A stretch of DNA of 64,000 nt from Callorhinchus milii (taxonomy: Eukaryota): positions 1,116,001 through 1,180,000 of the forward strand of contig NW_024704746.1 of the NCBI RefSeq assembly GCF_018977255.1, given 5' to 3'. A program made the position numbers and the translations under genes. This document shows, in pieces, positions 1-12,529 of this stretch (the first letter of the stretch is position 1; every line of letters begins with the position of its first letter). The notes below the pieces were generated by a model. That model did no database searches and was not told the origin of the DNA. It saw only the letters and a list, made by a program, of their open reading frames with translations.

Positions 1-547
1 CACAAATAACCATTCATATTTAAAAGGAGAGGAAATGGCTGTAGATTAATATTTGTGCATTTGTAGCAAAGTTTCCGATAGTTTTTTGTAACGCATTCAA
101 AGCCACCCTAGTTGAAAGACCAGCAAGCACGTGGGTGAACCCCTGGTGGCAACTGCAGAGAAATGTTAGCTTTGTTGTTGTTGGATGGCTGTCAAAACAT
201 TTTCATTTATATACATTCTGCCAGTTCTTTCCTCTAAACCAGTTTCGATTACCAACATGTCAGCTTCAGGAAATATCCAAATTCTGCAATGGGATTCTGC
301 GGTGCAATTCTGCATCCCCTGAAATTGGCTTTAGTTTTTGCCCACTTAACTCAATCACAATCTAGGAGGAAAACACGTTTTCTGCCATAAATTAGAGATT
401 GACTGCAAAACATCCAGTATGTGAAACAATCACTGTATGCGCCAGCAGAATTTAAAGGGCAATTGCATTTTTAAACCTAAAAAGAATCCTTTGCAGATAT
501 TAGCTTGTTAAATGTTTTGGATGTTAACAGATCACATGGCACTATTT

Positions 548-940
548 AATAATAATAATAATCCTAGCATTTGGTAAAGCACCTTATCATGTCATTGAGA
601 CACCTCAAAGCACTTCACAGAGTATACTGTAAAGTGAATTGACCTTTGTATGGGCGAAACACAGCACAAAATAGCAGTGTCCCACAAATAGACTTGGGCT
701 GAGTGACCAAATTCCAAGACACCATTTGAAAAGTATCCTGTCCAACAAACAATCACCCCCGAGAGAAAATTGGTGAATCACTTCCTGGTTGTTCATTGGA
801 CATTGCAATGTACAAATTGGATGCTGGGTTCGCCTACAAATATGCAGTCACTACACTTAATAATGTTCCTTTGAAGTATTTTGAGACACCTCGGCGACGT
901 GAACAGGCGCTGAATAAAATGCACCTGCAAAGGATTATAA
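548..940. mobile_element. Two opposed 5'-truncated SINE tail fragments (548-770 minus, 800-940 plus)
   Basis: (AAT)nCCTAGCATTTG..CTCAAAGCACTTCACAG, and TTTGAGACACCTCGGCGACGTGAACAGGCGCT..AAGGATTAT. Confidence 0.8.
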
Positions 941-2388
941 TTTTTTACATAGTTTATTAAGATACTTGAACTAAGATTGTGTATTTATTACTTTTCTCAT
1001 TCTTCTTTAGTTATCTTCTCTTCTCTATGCAATAGCTCTTCCTGGGGAAATAATTCTACACATCCCTAGCCTTAGATATCTCGCTCAAGTGGCCACTTGT
1101 GTGTGTGATTTCAGACAATTATTACACTGGGAGCCTACATTTCTGTGTGTGGGAGTGTGTGTATATATATGTATGGGAATGGGATGAAGGAGACCAGAGC
1201 TAGGTTTGACTCTATTCACATCTGACAAACACAAAGTGTCCTTTGAATCTGGGATCACTTGATAGACATCAGAGACCTAAAACTTCACCTGGATTTCTTG
1301 ACCCATAAGATTTCAGATTGCACAGAATTGTTGAAAATTCTTCAATTCAGTGTTAATTTGGAAGCCACTCTAAAATAAAACCTTCCAAAATAAAGTTACT
1401 TTTAAGAATTTTCCACAATTAATGACAATCTTTAAATATTTAAATGTTTGTTTTGCAGGCTAGGTTTAAATGGAATCTCTGGCCTCAGGAGTGGAAAACT
1501 TTAACAGTAATAATCCAATATCTTAGTTCTTTTTAAGTCATTAAGTTTCTACCAAACCCTCTCCAATAGCCCTCCGAATCCTGGATGCCCCTGGTGACCT
1601 GGAGGTCAATCCCTGCAATGCCTGACACCTCCTTGGTATGTTGATATCTATCAATCCAAGAATTTGTGTAGTGCCTTGGGATGTCCTCCCAATATGAAAG
1701 ACGCTATATAAATGTAATTTTGTATTGTATTGTGTTGTATTGATAGTTCTCCTTCAACTCAGAAGACAATGTCACTCTGGCACAGCTACCATAAGTACTT
1801 GTTGGGAAAATTATCCTTTTCTCTCTTAAATCTCCGTCATTATGGTCCCAAATTCTAATTCCACTGTGTAATATTTTACCGACTTAATCCGCTCACTGAG
1901 GTACTTGATGATAATAAATAATAATATTAATAATCCTTGCACTGTTAAGTATAAATCTCCATTGCATGAGGGTGCCTCCTCACTGGCTTGGCTCTCAGTT
2001 GAGTATACACATCACCACCAATGCATTAGACTTGTTTTGCCAAGAGAGTTTTGATTGCTAATACTACAGTGTACATATAACTTAATACAGGGGGGAATTT
2101 GCTTCACACACTTTTAGCACTGAAGAATATTCCCTCAGATGTAATATTATGTGTTAAAGTGATTTACTTAGGTGAATTTTACAGGTTAACATTTCCAGGT
2201 ATTTCATGTTTAAGTTTATTTCAGTTAAAATATTATTCTCTTAAAAAAAATGCTTATTGATTCTAAATTTTACAGAATGGCTTCCCATGTATGTGAATGC
2301 TGGCTATTAAAATCTTTGTGTTTAAATAAGCTAAATAATTAATAGGCACATACTTGTATGACAAAGACTTGTAGCCAGTTTTAGGGAT

Positions 2389-3461
2389 AACAACAACAAC
2401 AAGATTCCATTTATAAAGCGCCTTTCACGTCAGGAGGACGTCCCAAGGCGCTGCATAGTTGGGTCATGACCCGAGCATTGGGGGGAAATGGTCAGGGTGA
2501 GGGGAGGGAAGGGAGGGAGCGAGGAGGGGGGAAATGGTCGAGAGGGGAGGGAAGGGAGGGAGCGAGGAGGGGGAAATGGTCAGGGTGAGGGGAGGGAAGG
2601 GAAGGAGCGAGGAGGGGGAAGAGAGTCGAGAGGGGAGCTGAAGGCTCGGTCAAAGAGAAAGGTTTTGAGACCGGCCTTGAAGGAGGAAAGGGAGGAAGCG
2701 GCGAAGGCACTGGGGGATAGAGTTCCAGAGCCTTGGGGCTGAGAGGCTGAAAGCCCGACCACCGATGGTAGGGCGATTGGGGCGGGGGACGTGGAGCAGA
2801 CCGGAGCCAGAGGAACGGAGGGTACGGGCAGGTAGGTAGGGGGATAGTAGGTTGGAGAGGTAGGAGGGAGCAAGGCCGTGAATGGCCTTGTAGGTGAGGA
2901 TGAGGATCTTGAAATCAATCCTCTGGGGGATGGGGAGCCAGTGGAGGCGAGCGAGGGTGGGAGTGATGTGGTCCCGAAGCCTGGTGCGGGACAGTACACG
3001 AGCTGCAGAGTTCTGAATGACCTGCAGTGTGGAGGGAGGTGGCGGGAAGGCCGGCGAGGAGAGAGTTCCCATAGTCCAGCCTTGAGGTGACAAAGGCGTG
3101 AACCAGGGTTTCAGCCGCGTGAGGGGTGAGGTAGTGCCGTAGTCTGGCGATGTTCCGGAGGTGATGGAAGGCGGTGCCAGTTGTGGTGCGGATGTGAGGG
3201 AGAAAGGACAGCTCAGGGTCGAACAAAACGCCGAGGTTCCTGACTGGCTTTGAGAGGTGGAGAGTGCGGCCTTGGATGCTGATGGTGTCGGCGCCTGAGG
3301 TGCGGAGGCGCTGACGTGAGCCAATCAGGAGGGCCTCGGTTTTTCGCACGTTGAGCTGAAGAAAGTTGTCTCTCGTCCAGGACTCGATGTCGGACAGGCA
3401 GCTGTCAGGACATCGGGGGTCGTGGAGTTGAGGGTAGAGGAGGAAAGGTAGAGTTGGGTGT
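2389..3461 (-). mobile_element. L2 (LINE2-clade) retrotransposon, 5'-truncated, frameshifted ORF2 RT C-terminal half plus 3' UTR
   Basis: Minus strand reads TQLYLS...CLSDIESW..NFLQLNVRKTEALLIG...VRNLGVLFDPELSF...LVHAFVTSRLDYGNSLLAGLP / LQVIQNSAARVL...HITPTLARLHWLPIPQRIDFKILILTYKAIHGLAPSYL...GGRAFS..APRLWNSIP / FKAGLKTFLF, split over frames by frameshifts near 3400, 3030 and 2715. Ends in the AGCGCCTTGGGACGTC..GACGTGAAAGGCGCT hairpin and (TTG)n. Confidence 0.95.
2481..2636. repeat. ~41-44 bp purine-rich tandem repeat (about 3.5 units) inside the L2 3' region
   Basis: Unit GGGGGAAATGGTC(AGGGT/GA)GAGGGGAGGGAAGGGAGGGAGCGAGGA repeated head to tail. Confidence 0.85.
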
Positions 3462-3677
3462 AAGTGTTTAGGGTCACAAGATGGCATTAATATTGTTGGC
3501 TAATATAGGATGCATATGCATCTCACTTCATGCTCTACAAACATCAAGAGGAACAGAAATCAGCAAACGCAAATTTTAGTGGTAAATGAAAATTAGTCAG
3601 TTTTGTCATCATTATGTTTCATTCCAAATAGAACCAAGGATTTGCAATAATTTGAATTTATATAAAATAATAAAAAT

Positions 3678-3845
3678 GTGGTCACTTAAACCACAACTGT
3701 TTGGGGGACGCTGCTGTGCACAATTGGCTGCTGTGTTTCGCCCACAAAACATACAGTCAATTCACTTTACAGTATATTCTGTGAAGCGCTTTGAGACGTC
3801 TACAAGACGTGATAAGATGTTATATCAAATTCAAGGATTATTATA
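3678..3845 (+). mobile_element. SINE A 3' half
   Basis: CTGTTTGGGGGACGCTGCTGTGCACAATTGGCTGC...GAAGCGCTTTGAGACGTC...AAGGATTATT. Confidence 0.88.
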
Positions 3846-5662
3846 AGGATTTATCCCTTCAGCTCATGATACAAATGAAACCCATCTATCTCTCTATCTC
3901 TCTCTCACTTTTGCATATCTTCAGGTGCACAATGGACCCACATGTCTCCCCAGCTCCATCCTTCACAAATTACAAAGCACCTAGAATCCCTAATTTATTA
4001 AGTAGGTTCTTTTGTAGCTCATCCTTCTAACACTGAGAATCAGTATAGTTTCTCTCCTCTCCAACTGCCTCGAGGTCCTAGCAGACCCAAAGTATTGACA
4101 AAGTCAGCAGGGCAATGGGTAAGCAAAATTTGTACCTCAAAAAAATGAAATGTTAATGGGCAGAAAAAGTACTGTTTGAACATTGTAATTTTGTAAGTGT
4201 TGTGAAGTTTGGAGGTTTGCTGATCACATAATAATAGTAATACAACAATATTATTAATACTTGCATTTGATATAGTGCCTTATCACATCATTGAGAATTC
4301 TGAAAGAGCTTCACAGAATATATAGTAAGGTCAATTAATTTTCAGAAAATGTCGCAAGCACAAGAGAAAGCGGCAAAGGAATTTGCTGGAGAACGAAAAG
4401 GCAGATTTAAATATTCTGAGCGGCGCTCCTGTATTGAAAGGCAAGCGATGCTCTTGATAGTGGGGAGCCCGGGAGTCATTTCAATTTCAAGACTCCCTCC
4501 AGAAATTTTGGCTGGATCTAGTGAGGTAAACTATCTGCTGAGATCTGTCTTCAGTCAGTCAGCTATCAGCATGCTGTGTGGGGATCAGCATCCTTCCTGG
4601 TCCCACATGCCAATCCTGGCACAAAAATACAATTGCAAAATTTACTGCCGGCTAGGGCTTACTGCTCTGGTTAATGAGGCTGTTTTCCGACTTGGCAAAA
4701 TACCATCTCACAAGTTGGACACTTTTTAAACAGATTATTTTCAACTGTTTCTTGAAGGAAGTGTTGAGGTTGAAAATCCCTTCCCCCGAGCAGATTATCC
4801 TCCTGTTAAGATTTTCAGGATAATTTGATTATAGAAAAATGTATCAAAGTAATTATGATAGATTTGATGGAACTGAAGAGAAACCAGTGTTAATGTAAGA
4901 TTCTTTAAACCACCGTGAACACAATTTATGATTGAACGTACTTCAGGCATCTAACCTAATGTTTTCAAAAGCAACAACTCCAGTAAAAACAGCTGGTGGA
5001 AGCGCACATTTCAATTCTTAGGGCTACAAGGAATAGAGGTTTGTGATTAGGTTTCATAACGGTCAGAATATGGAATGAACAAGACGGGAAAATCAAAGTA
5101 TGTTATTAAATGAATCACAAAAAGTACTTGTGTTTGTCTCAAAGCACATGTTGAAGTCAATCTGGCATAGAACTGTGACATTGGCAAGGCCCTAGATGGT
5201 GTTGTTTATACTGTATGTGGTGTATTTAGTAACACTAATTGCATAGTTCACAGTGCTAATGTGAGAGTCTGTGTATAAAGAGGCTCAAGGGAAATCATGT
5301 TTGCTGTCTGTTCCGAATGAATGCCAAATCGGAAAAAGGAATCTAAACTAATCCGAATCGAGGCGATTCATATTATTTGGATGAATCTCAAATGTGGCTG
5401 GATCAAGTGCTCGGATTACCCTCTTGGGTGACTCAGGGGGAGGTCAGCCTAAAGATTTTTTGGAGGACGTTTCTTCTTTACGTGGTTGCACGTGACCAGG
5501 TCTGGAGATCTTAACCGTGTTGAAGACTTACTGCTGAAGAGGGTAAAGAGATTGGGTTGTCAGAACTATTGGCCTTGTATTTGGGGGGGGTTTCATTTCC
5601 TTTACATGTCAATAGTTGGAAGTGACTGACACACTAGCTGACTGTTTATCAGCTTAATACTA

Positions 5663-5830
5663 ATCACTCAATCCACAACTGTTTGTGGGACACCGCTGCG
5701 CGCAATTGGCTGCTGCATGACACCCGAAAAAATACAGTCAATTTACTTTACAGTACATTCTATGAAGTGCTTTGAGACGACTCAAAGACGTGATAAGGCG
5801 CTGTATCAAATAAAAGGATTATTATTATTA
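5663..5830 (+). mobile_element. SINE A 3' half
   Basis: Same tail motif set, ending in (TTA)n. Confidence 0.88.
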
Positions 5831-5934
5831 TACTTTTATAATATCGCTGTGTTTTTATGCTGAGCTATGCCAAGTCCTTGGTGGTCTTAGATTAATCTAT
5901 ATTTAAATTATTGTAATCAGAGGTATGCAGTGAA

Positions 5935-6353
5935 TCACCCAACACCCCAATCCTCGCCTGGGTCTCTGAGTCCTATTAGATGGACTTCAAGGTTCTCACT
6001 CACACATATAAATCCCTTCTCGCCCTTGTATCTCTCGACCTGCTGGAGCATTGTTCCTCTGCCTGCCCTATCTACTTAGCTAACACAAGCCTGTTACACA
6101 TCCCTCACCCCCACTGTGGCTTCATCAGAGGTTGAGCTTGTAGTCAGAAGTGAGATTGAGTATTATGCCTTCAAATTCCGTAAATCTGTGTCTCTTTCTC
6201 TCTGTATCAACCCCTCTTCTTGAAATCTTATCTTAATACCTCTTCAACCAATCCTATGGTAAATTTCTCCTCGTGGCATCGAACCCCGTCACCGTGAAGC
6301 ATTCCAGAGATATTATTCTACATGAAGGACACTATATAAATACAATTGTTGTT
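5935..6353 (+). mobile_element. Degenerate L2 3' fragment
   Basis: ACCCCAATCCTCGCC, GACTTCAAGGTTCTC (DFKVL), TATAAATCCCTT; tail CTATATAAATACAATTGTTGTTG. Confidence 0.7.
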
Positions 6354-7044
6354 GGCATTTGAAAGAGTGCCTTATCACGTCTTCAAGACGTCTCAAAGCG
6401 CTTCACAGAATATACTGTAAAGTGATACGATACAGTGATGGTTGTGTATTTCTGGTGGTCCAATGATGGATATCACCCAATACTCTATTGGGCTAATGGC
6501 AGGAACGCCCATGATTTCTGATTGATCTACTGACAGATAATGCAATGCAGTCTACAGAGGTTCAATAAACTGTTGATATATACCAAGCACTACCATAAAG
6601 ATATCTTTTCAACCTTCAGTGACTATCCATCTTACACTTCAGTAATTCACAATCATTGGGTTTTCAGGAAACTTTGTGAGTCTTACTCTTCTCTGACACA
6701 GACACACTGGGCACTGCGCCATGTGTAATTCAGATTACTATTATATTAACACTACTACACCAGACAAGAAACATAAGTGATTTAGGTGTTTTCTGCCAAA
6801 TGTAAGTTTGACATCATTGGGCTATTTTGACTGTGTGCATCTTGAAGCATTCTGTGATTCATGATATCTACAGCTAGGTTTCTTCTTGTCACAGACAGTG
6901 ATAAAACGGCAATCATTCTCTGCATTCTGATTTTTTTCATATTTGGATGGAGATTAAATAATTCTACACCCCAGGATGATTCACTGCTGTCGTATGAAGA
7001 GGGGAACATAGAGGAAGAACAACAACAACTTGCATTTGTTGTTG

Positions 7045-7220
7045 TAATAATAATAATAATCCTTGCATTTGATATAGCACCTTGTCACTTCATTGAGACG
7101 TCTCAAGGCACTGCACAGAATACACTGCAAAATGAAATGACTGTATATTTTTGTGGGCAAAGTGTAGTAGCCAATTGTGCACAGCAGTATCCCACAAACA
7201 GCCGTGGATTGAGTCACCAA
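7045..7220 (-). mobile_element. SINE A 3' half
   Basis: (AAT)nCCTTGCATTTGATATAGCACCTT...GTGGATTGAGTCACC. Confidence 0.88.
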
Positions 7221-7234
7221 ATATATTGTCAAAA

Positions 7235-7520
7235 TTTATATAGCGGTCTTCATGCAGTTAACTTCTTGGAGCGCTTAAGAGTGGTGTGGGTTAATGCAGG
7301 AAGGGAAGGAGGTTACCGAAGGCACAGTGGAAGAGGAAAGTCTTCAGGTGTGATTTGAAGATGGGCGAAGAGGGGGCAAGGCAGAGGGATTGAGGCAAGG
7401 AGTAGCAGAGATTTCTGGCATAGTGGCTCAAAGCACGACTGCCAATTGTGCAGCGAAGGGGATGAGGGACTTACATAAGACAAGTAATAAACATGAACCA
7501 AATGTTGTGGAGAGTGGTGG
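7235..7520 (-). mobile_element. Degenerate L2 3' fragment
   Basis: TTTATATAGCG start; GAAGAGGAAAGTCTTCAGG (minus LKTFL) and AGAGATTTCTGG homologous to other L2 3' ends. Confidence 0.55.
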
Positions 7521-10369
7521 AGAATAGCCAATTATTCCCATTGACCCCTGAACAACTTTTTCTGTGTTTTAAAATTGTGACAACGTCCAGATTTCAACCT
7601 TGAATCTTTGCAGATCTTTCTATAATAATATAAAATCTCTCTCTCTACCTTTCCAATTGCGAATATTGTTGAACTGGTTAAAAACAGTCATCGGACAACA
7701 TCATCAATTGCTTTACTGAATCTAAAATGTGCAAATGTTTGGCCTCGTTTTACTTTGGGACAGAAAAGTGCTGCAACTTTGAAAGGGTTAAATAGAGTTC
7801 TCCAGCCTTCAGTACATGGGGTGGCTTCAGTCAGCTCCACCCTGTTTGGGAATGAGTGCTTAGAGTTCCCAACTAGGCCTCTGGATGGAGCCCCTTACTA
7901 TGGTGGAACATAGTATCTTGGGGCGGGGTGGGGGGCAGTCTGGCTTGGGTGTCTCTCTGTGCTGTAAGTGTATCTTCTGTCAGATGATCACTTGCCTGTC
8001 ATGGAAACAGTCGTTGGTCCAAATCATCTTGCCCTTCAGCTGAAGGAGGCCTTATGTGAACCAGGAATTCCCATGGGAATGGGGAAGGAGAGAGGCATGT
8101 CACAGCAAGTTTAAAAAAACACAAACACACAAAATGTTTCATGAACTGAGCAGCCAAACCTCCACATCACAAACTTTAGTGATTCTTATCAAGATTAAAG
8201 CCCTCCACAGGCTACAACGAAACCTCGCGTTAAGTCACGAGAAATATGTTACAAAGAATTTGGTGACTGACTTTTGCAATAGCAGAATTCGAGAGTATTT
8301 GGCTCTGTTGTAACGGTTTCATGGAAAAATTAAAAATATATCAACCAAAATTTTCTGCAGTTTCATCTCATTAACAGCTTTAAGTAATCATCGCCTCTCA
8401 TTCATTTAGTACCTATAATTTTCTTTACCCCCCAAAAATCTTCAATTAGAAAAAATAAATAACCTCAGGAATTTGTGATTTATTTTTGTCTTTCTTTGTG
8501 CCTTTGTGGCATTTGTGCTTTTAGAATAATTTAAAAAGAAAACCAAGGAATTTGTTTAAAACAAAAATTGGTTGTAAACCAACTTCACTTTAACTAACTG
8601 CAGTTACTTTTATTGCAAAATACTTGTGCGATTCCAAAGATGTTCATCCCACCCACTTACTGAATGTGAGGTTCGGCCGCTGACTTAGATTTTACTAGTA
8701 AACAATGGAAAGCATCAGTTCTGATTTAGCAGAGTGTTAACGGCAGAGACGCTTCGCATTTGGGGGTTAGTTTTTTTGTAGGGAAGGATTTGATTTCCAA
8801 ACATTTTTATGGTTACAAGATGACAGAATTACACAACTTGGCTTGAGGTCTTCTTGTATTGGAAACACATATAGCTGTGGAGAGCGTGTGTGTTTTTGTG
8901 TGTGTGTGACTGCAGGAAATTGTGGTGTTCAGGAGATTTCCCATGAATATCGCATGCACTGCACAGCTTTGACCATATGTCCCGGAATTCTGCCACATTT
9001 ATTTGGTGATGGGCACAGATGTGGGCTGAATTGACAGATAGGGTCTATGGGTCAGCTGGAAGTAAATTGAGGGCAGATGATACAAGAAATTTCGCTTATT
9101 TTTAGAAAGGATCAGGGCCAGCCAGGTCTTTCAAGGGAATATTGTCTGCCATATGGTCTCTAAAATTTTGCTAATCCTCATTCTCACATTTTAGGAACAA
9201 GAGAGTTGAGGGGAAAAAAAGTACTAAATTGCTAAATTACAGAAATTGAAAGTTTTTTATACTCAGCATTTCCTGAAAATCTAGTGTGCTGTAGCCTCCA
9301 TTGCTGTACAACTTGACTGCAAGCAATTTTTTATTGCATGCTGAAAGATAGCGTTCAAAATAACAACAGCGAGAGTGTGGCGAGACTCCACAGAATCGGT
9401 TTATAAGAAATACGCAAGTCGGTGAGTTAGGAACTATAGGGCATACATTTAAATTCATTACCAAAAGGGGAAAAAAAACAAGGGGGAGATAATGATTAAT
9501 GTTTTTTTGAACACACACATACACAGCATTAGTATTCTTTGCATTTGAAATAGCAATGGGCCTCCTGTGTGGTAACATTATGGTTTCAAAGTCTCACTGA
9601 GGATGAAGGCAGTGCCACTAATACAAATCTCTTCCCATTAAAAATAAATGTTTAAGCCTTGCTCTATATTGATAATGGCTGAAGAACAGTGAGCCGCAAT
9701 TCAAGCTGTGTTTGTCCTTAACCCCGTTTGGATTGGCAAGTTTGGCCGTCAGCTGAGTCAGACTGTGTGCAGTGGGGTGGTGGTGACGAGAGCTTAAGAT
9801 GAGATGCCATTTGGAAATGAATTTTGGTTTTTCCTCTCCTCCCTCCTAATCGTGGATGGGTCACTTGTGTTCCAACCCAAAGCACTAAAAAGAAAAACAT
9901 TCAAAGTGTGAGAAAAATTTTTTTGTCAATCAGAAAGGTGTTTGCCACATGCAGGAATCCATCACTAAGAGTCTTCAAATCAGACCACTGAGATATCCAC
10001 AAATACTTGATTTCTGTTTGTCTGATAATGGAATGCACGCACTCTCGTCCCAGATGGGCACGCCTTGCTTATCTAATCCCAGAGAATTTAGGCACAGCCA
10101 ATTCTTGGTAACCCCAGAGTGTGCAAACTACTAGAGTTTAACTCGCTAAACCAGCTGGCAAGGGAACGTTGGAAAGATTCCCACATCTTGCCAGCTTAGA
10201 CCATCCTTTCCACCAGGGCTTTGTTTTGCAGCACTAATGAGCGCCAAATCATAAATGATCAAAAGTAAAACATCACTTGGTTTAATAAACGCAACAGTGG
10301 ATATTTGTAATAAGTGATTTAATGTAGTAGCTTTTTTTTGTAGGGAAAACCACAGCCAATTTGCATGCA

Positions 10370-10705
10370 ACAAGAATAACTTGCATTTATATAGCACCCC
10401 TCACACAGTAATGTCCCACAAACAACTATGAAGTGAATGGACAGTTTTATCTGGAGGACTGTTGTCAACTGGGAGAAATTCTTCTCTAATAGTGTCATTA
10501 GATCTTTAACATCCACCCAAGCAGTCAGATGGGACCACAGTAGTAACATCTCACCTGAAGGACAGCACGTCTGACAATGCACACTCCCCCAACACTGTAT
10601 TGTCATATTAATTTGGACTTTGAGTTGAAAATCCCCGATGTGGGGCTTGAACCCACAATTGTCTGACTCAGAGGTGAGAGTGCTACCAACGGAGCCAGGC
10701 TGACA
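10370..10705 (-). mobile_element. DeuSINE (SacSINE1/AmnSINE1-like Deu domain, tRNA-derived head)
   Basis: Minus head TGTCAGCCTGGCTCCGTTGGTAGCACTCTCACCTCTGAGTCAG..GGGTTCAAGCCCC; Deu core CCTTCAGGTGAGATG...GGTGGATGTTAAAGATC. Confidence 0.85.
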
Positions 10706-10767
10706 AGTCATTTTCTGTTAGAAGTCATAATGACTCAGGAACTCTTCACACAATTTACCTATAATAT

Positions 10768-10807
10768 ATCCCAACTGCTGACAGGAATCCCAACTGCTGA
10801 CAGGAAT
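10768..10807. repeat. 19-bp perfect tandem duplication
   Basis: ATCCCAACTGCTGACAGGA x2. Confidence 0.9.
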
Positions 10808-12233
10808 ATCAAATGCTGATTTTAGTGGCACACTTATACTTAATCAAACTAATACAAAGGGATCCTTTGTGCACACTTAGCATTGTACTAATCAGAATAT
10901 ACTATGGTCTGTTCATTATGTGATTATAAGGGAGATGGAAATAAATTCTGTTGGGGCATTATAAAAATCTTACAGGTTTATTCCTTGGAACTTAACAGTT
11001 AACAAAAACAAAACAGATTTCATGTTAATTTCTGCTCTGTCTAAAAAAAATCAGTAGATGCAAGATGCTGAGCTGGATTTATAGACAACCTCATTGTGAA
11101 ACAGTCTGACGTAATGTTTTATTTTTTGTCAAATCAAAGGGATTGAAAGTAAAACACTGTAACCTTATTTTTTAGGCTCAATAATCTCGCAAAGTCCAGT
11201 AAAATTAACTGAAGAGTTTCAATCTTTGCAAAACAATCTTCATTTATAGTGGGGTCAAAGGGGTAAAAAAGTGAAGTGAACAGAAAACAATACGCTTGAA
11301 GGATAAATAAATTATCAATCAGACATTGCTGAGGAAATCAATATAATTTTGTGGACCATTTCTTTGCGGTTGACTGACTTTGGCTCAAAATGCAACTGTT
11401 GTTTTCTGAAATGAGTCAGAGAGGGGCTGGATGAGCAAAAAAGTACATCTGTTTAATTCTGTTGCCATAAGAAGATTATGTCATGTACGTTCTATGGCAA
11501 AAAAACAGACTAGCTCAGAGGAAGAGGGTCCCAGCACTCGGTGCCCAGAGGTCATGCAGCATGGAGCACTCGAGGAAAAACTCATGCCAAAAGACAGCTT
11601 GATTCATCAAGACAGCCAGCGGGGAGCAAATCAAAACATTTGGGGTTCATTCATTGGGCTTGGAAGGGCAGAGGCTGAGGAGGATAAACAAAGGAGCATT
11701 GTAGTGCTCTTCCACAAGACTCACTTCCAAGATCATCATGTAAAACCAAATCCAGCAGAACATAACACAGCTGAATTTGGGATCCAAGTAAAATGGTACA
11801 AGATAAATAACGTACGGCCTTTTCATAGACACTGAACTGCTAAACAGAGAAGTTCTTGTCCAGCACTACTTACATGAAAATGTAAGGCCACACAGTGATC
11901 GGGAACAAAGGAAGCCCGGCTTTGTTCACAGACCGACTAAGGCTGAATAGATCAATACACGTGTATCTAACGGGTGCCAAAAACGGCCAAGTTGAGCTTG
12001 GTTGTTTACATATATGTTTCTGCTGATATTTTAAATGGTTTTTGTTTGATTAAGAACAAAGATGTAACTGTGAAGGGAAGCAAGGTTTATAAGTTTGTTT
12101 GCTTGTCTTTTTAAGAAATCGTTTTGTGACAAAAATATACACCTGTATTTTTATTCAGAGTGAGTGCTAATTAGCATGCTTTAAGATCACGGTGATGCAA
12201 TTAGAGGTTTTGATTTGATGAATACTTTCATAT

Positions 12234-12342
12234 GCCCACAAGATACACAGTCAATTCACTTAACAAAATATTCTGTGAAGCGCTTTCAGACATCTCAATG
12301 ACATGATAAGGCGCTATATGAAATGCAAGGATTATTATTATT
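12234..12342 (+). mobile_element. SINE A tail
   Basis: CAGTCAATTCACTT..GAAGCGCTTTCAGACATCTCAATGACATGATAAGGCGCT..(TTA)n. Confidence 0.85.
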
Positions 12343-12529
12343 AAACATTTCTATGAAATGCAAGACTTCTTTGTTGTTTTATTTCCTAATTTTGTTGAAC
12401 ATTAAATCTGTGAAAATGGGTCTTAAGGATCTAAGCAGATTTTTTAAGGAAGATAGCATCAGTAGCCTATAGACAGAGAGCTGAATCAGACACGTCCAAT
12501 GTAGTAACACTGTAATATAATAGTTGTAT

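Noticed and set aside
1040-1300. Fragment of another old SINE-like repeat (similar scraps near 16030-16150 and 33110-33200)
   Set aside because: Too degenerate to delimit or name by eye.
2650-3487. Functional RT gene from the 224-aa and 190-aa ORFs
   Set aside because: Frameshifted, 5'-truncated L2 lacking the endonuclease and the RT catalytic motif.
4349-4729. 126-aa ATG ORF
   Set aside because: No recognisable homology; begins next to a SINE tail.
6861-7358. 165-aa ORF with hydrophobic stretches
   Set aside because: Runs through SINE and L2 tails; the IIII and QQQ runs come from (AAT)n and (CAA)n.
11431-11835. 134-aa ATG ORF
   Set aside because: No recognisable domain or splice context; length is compatible with chance in 64 kb.
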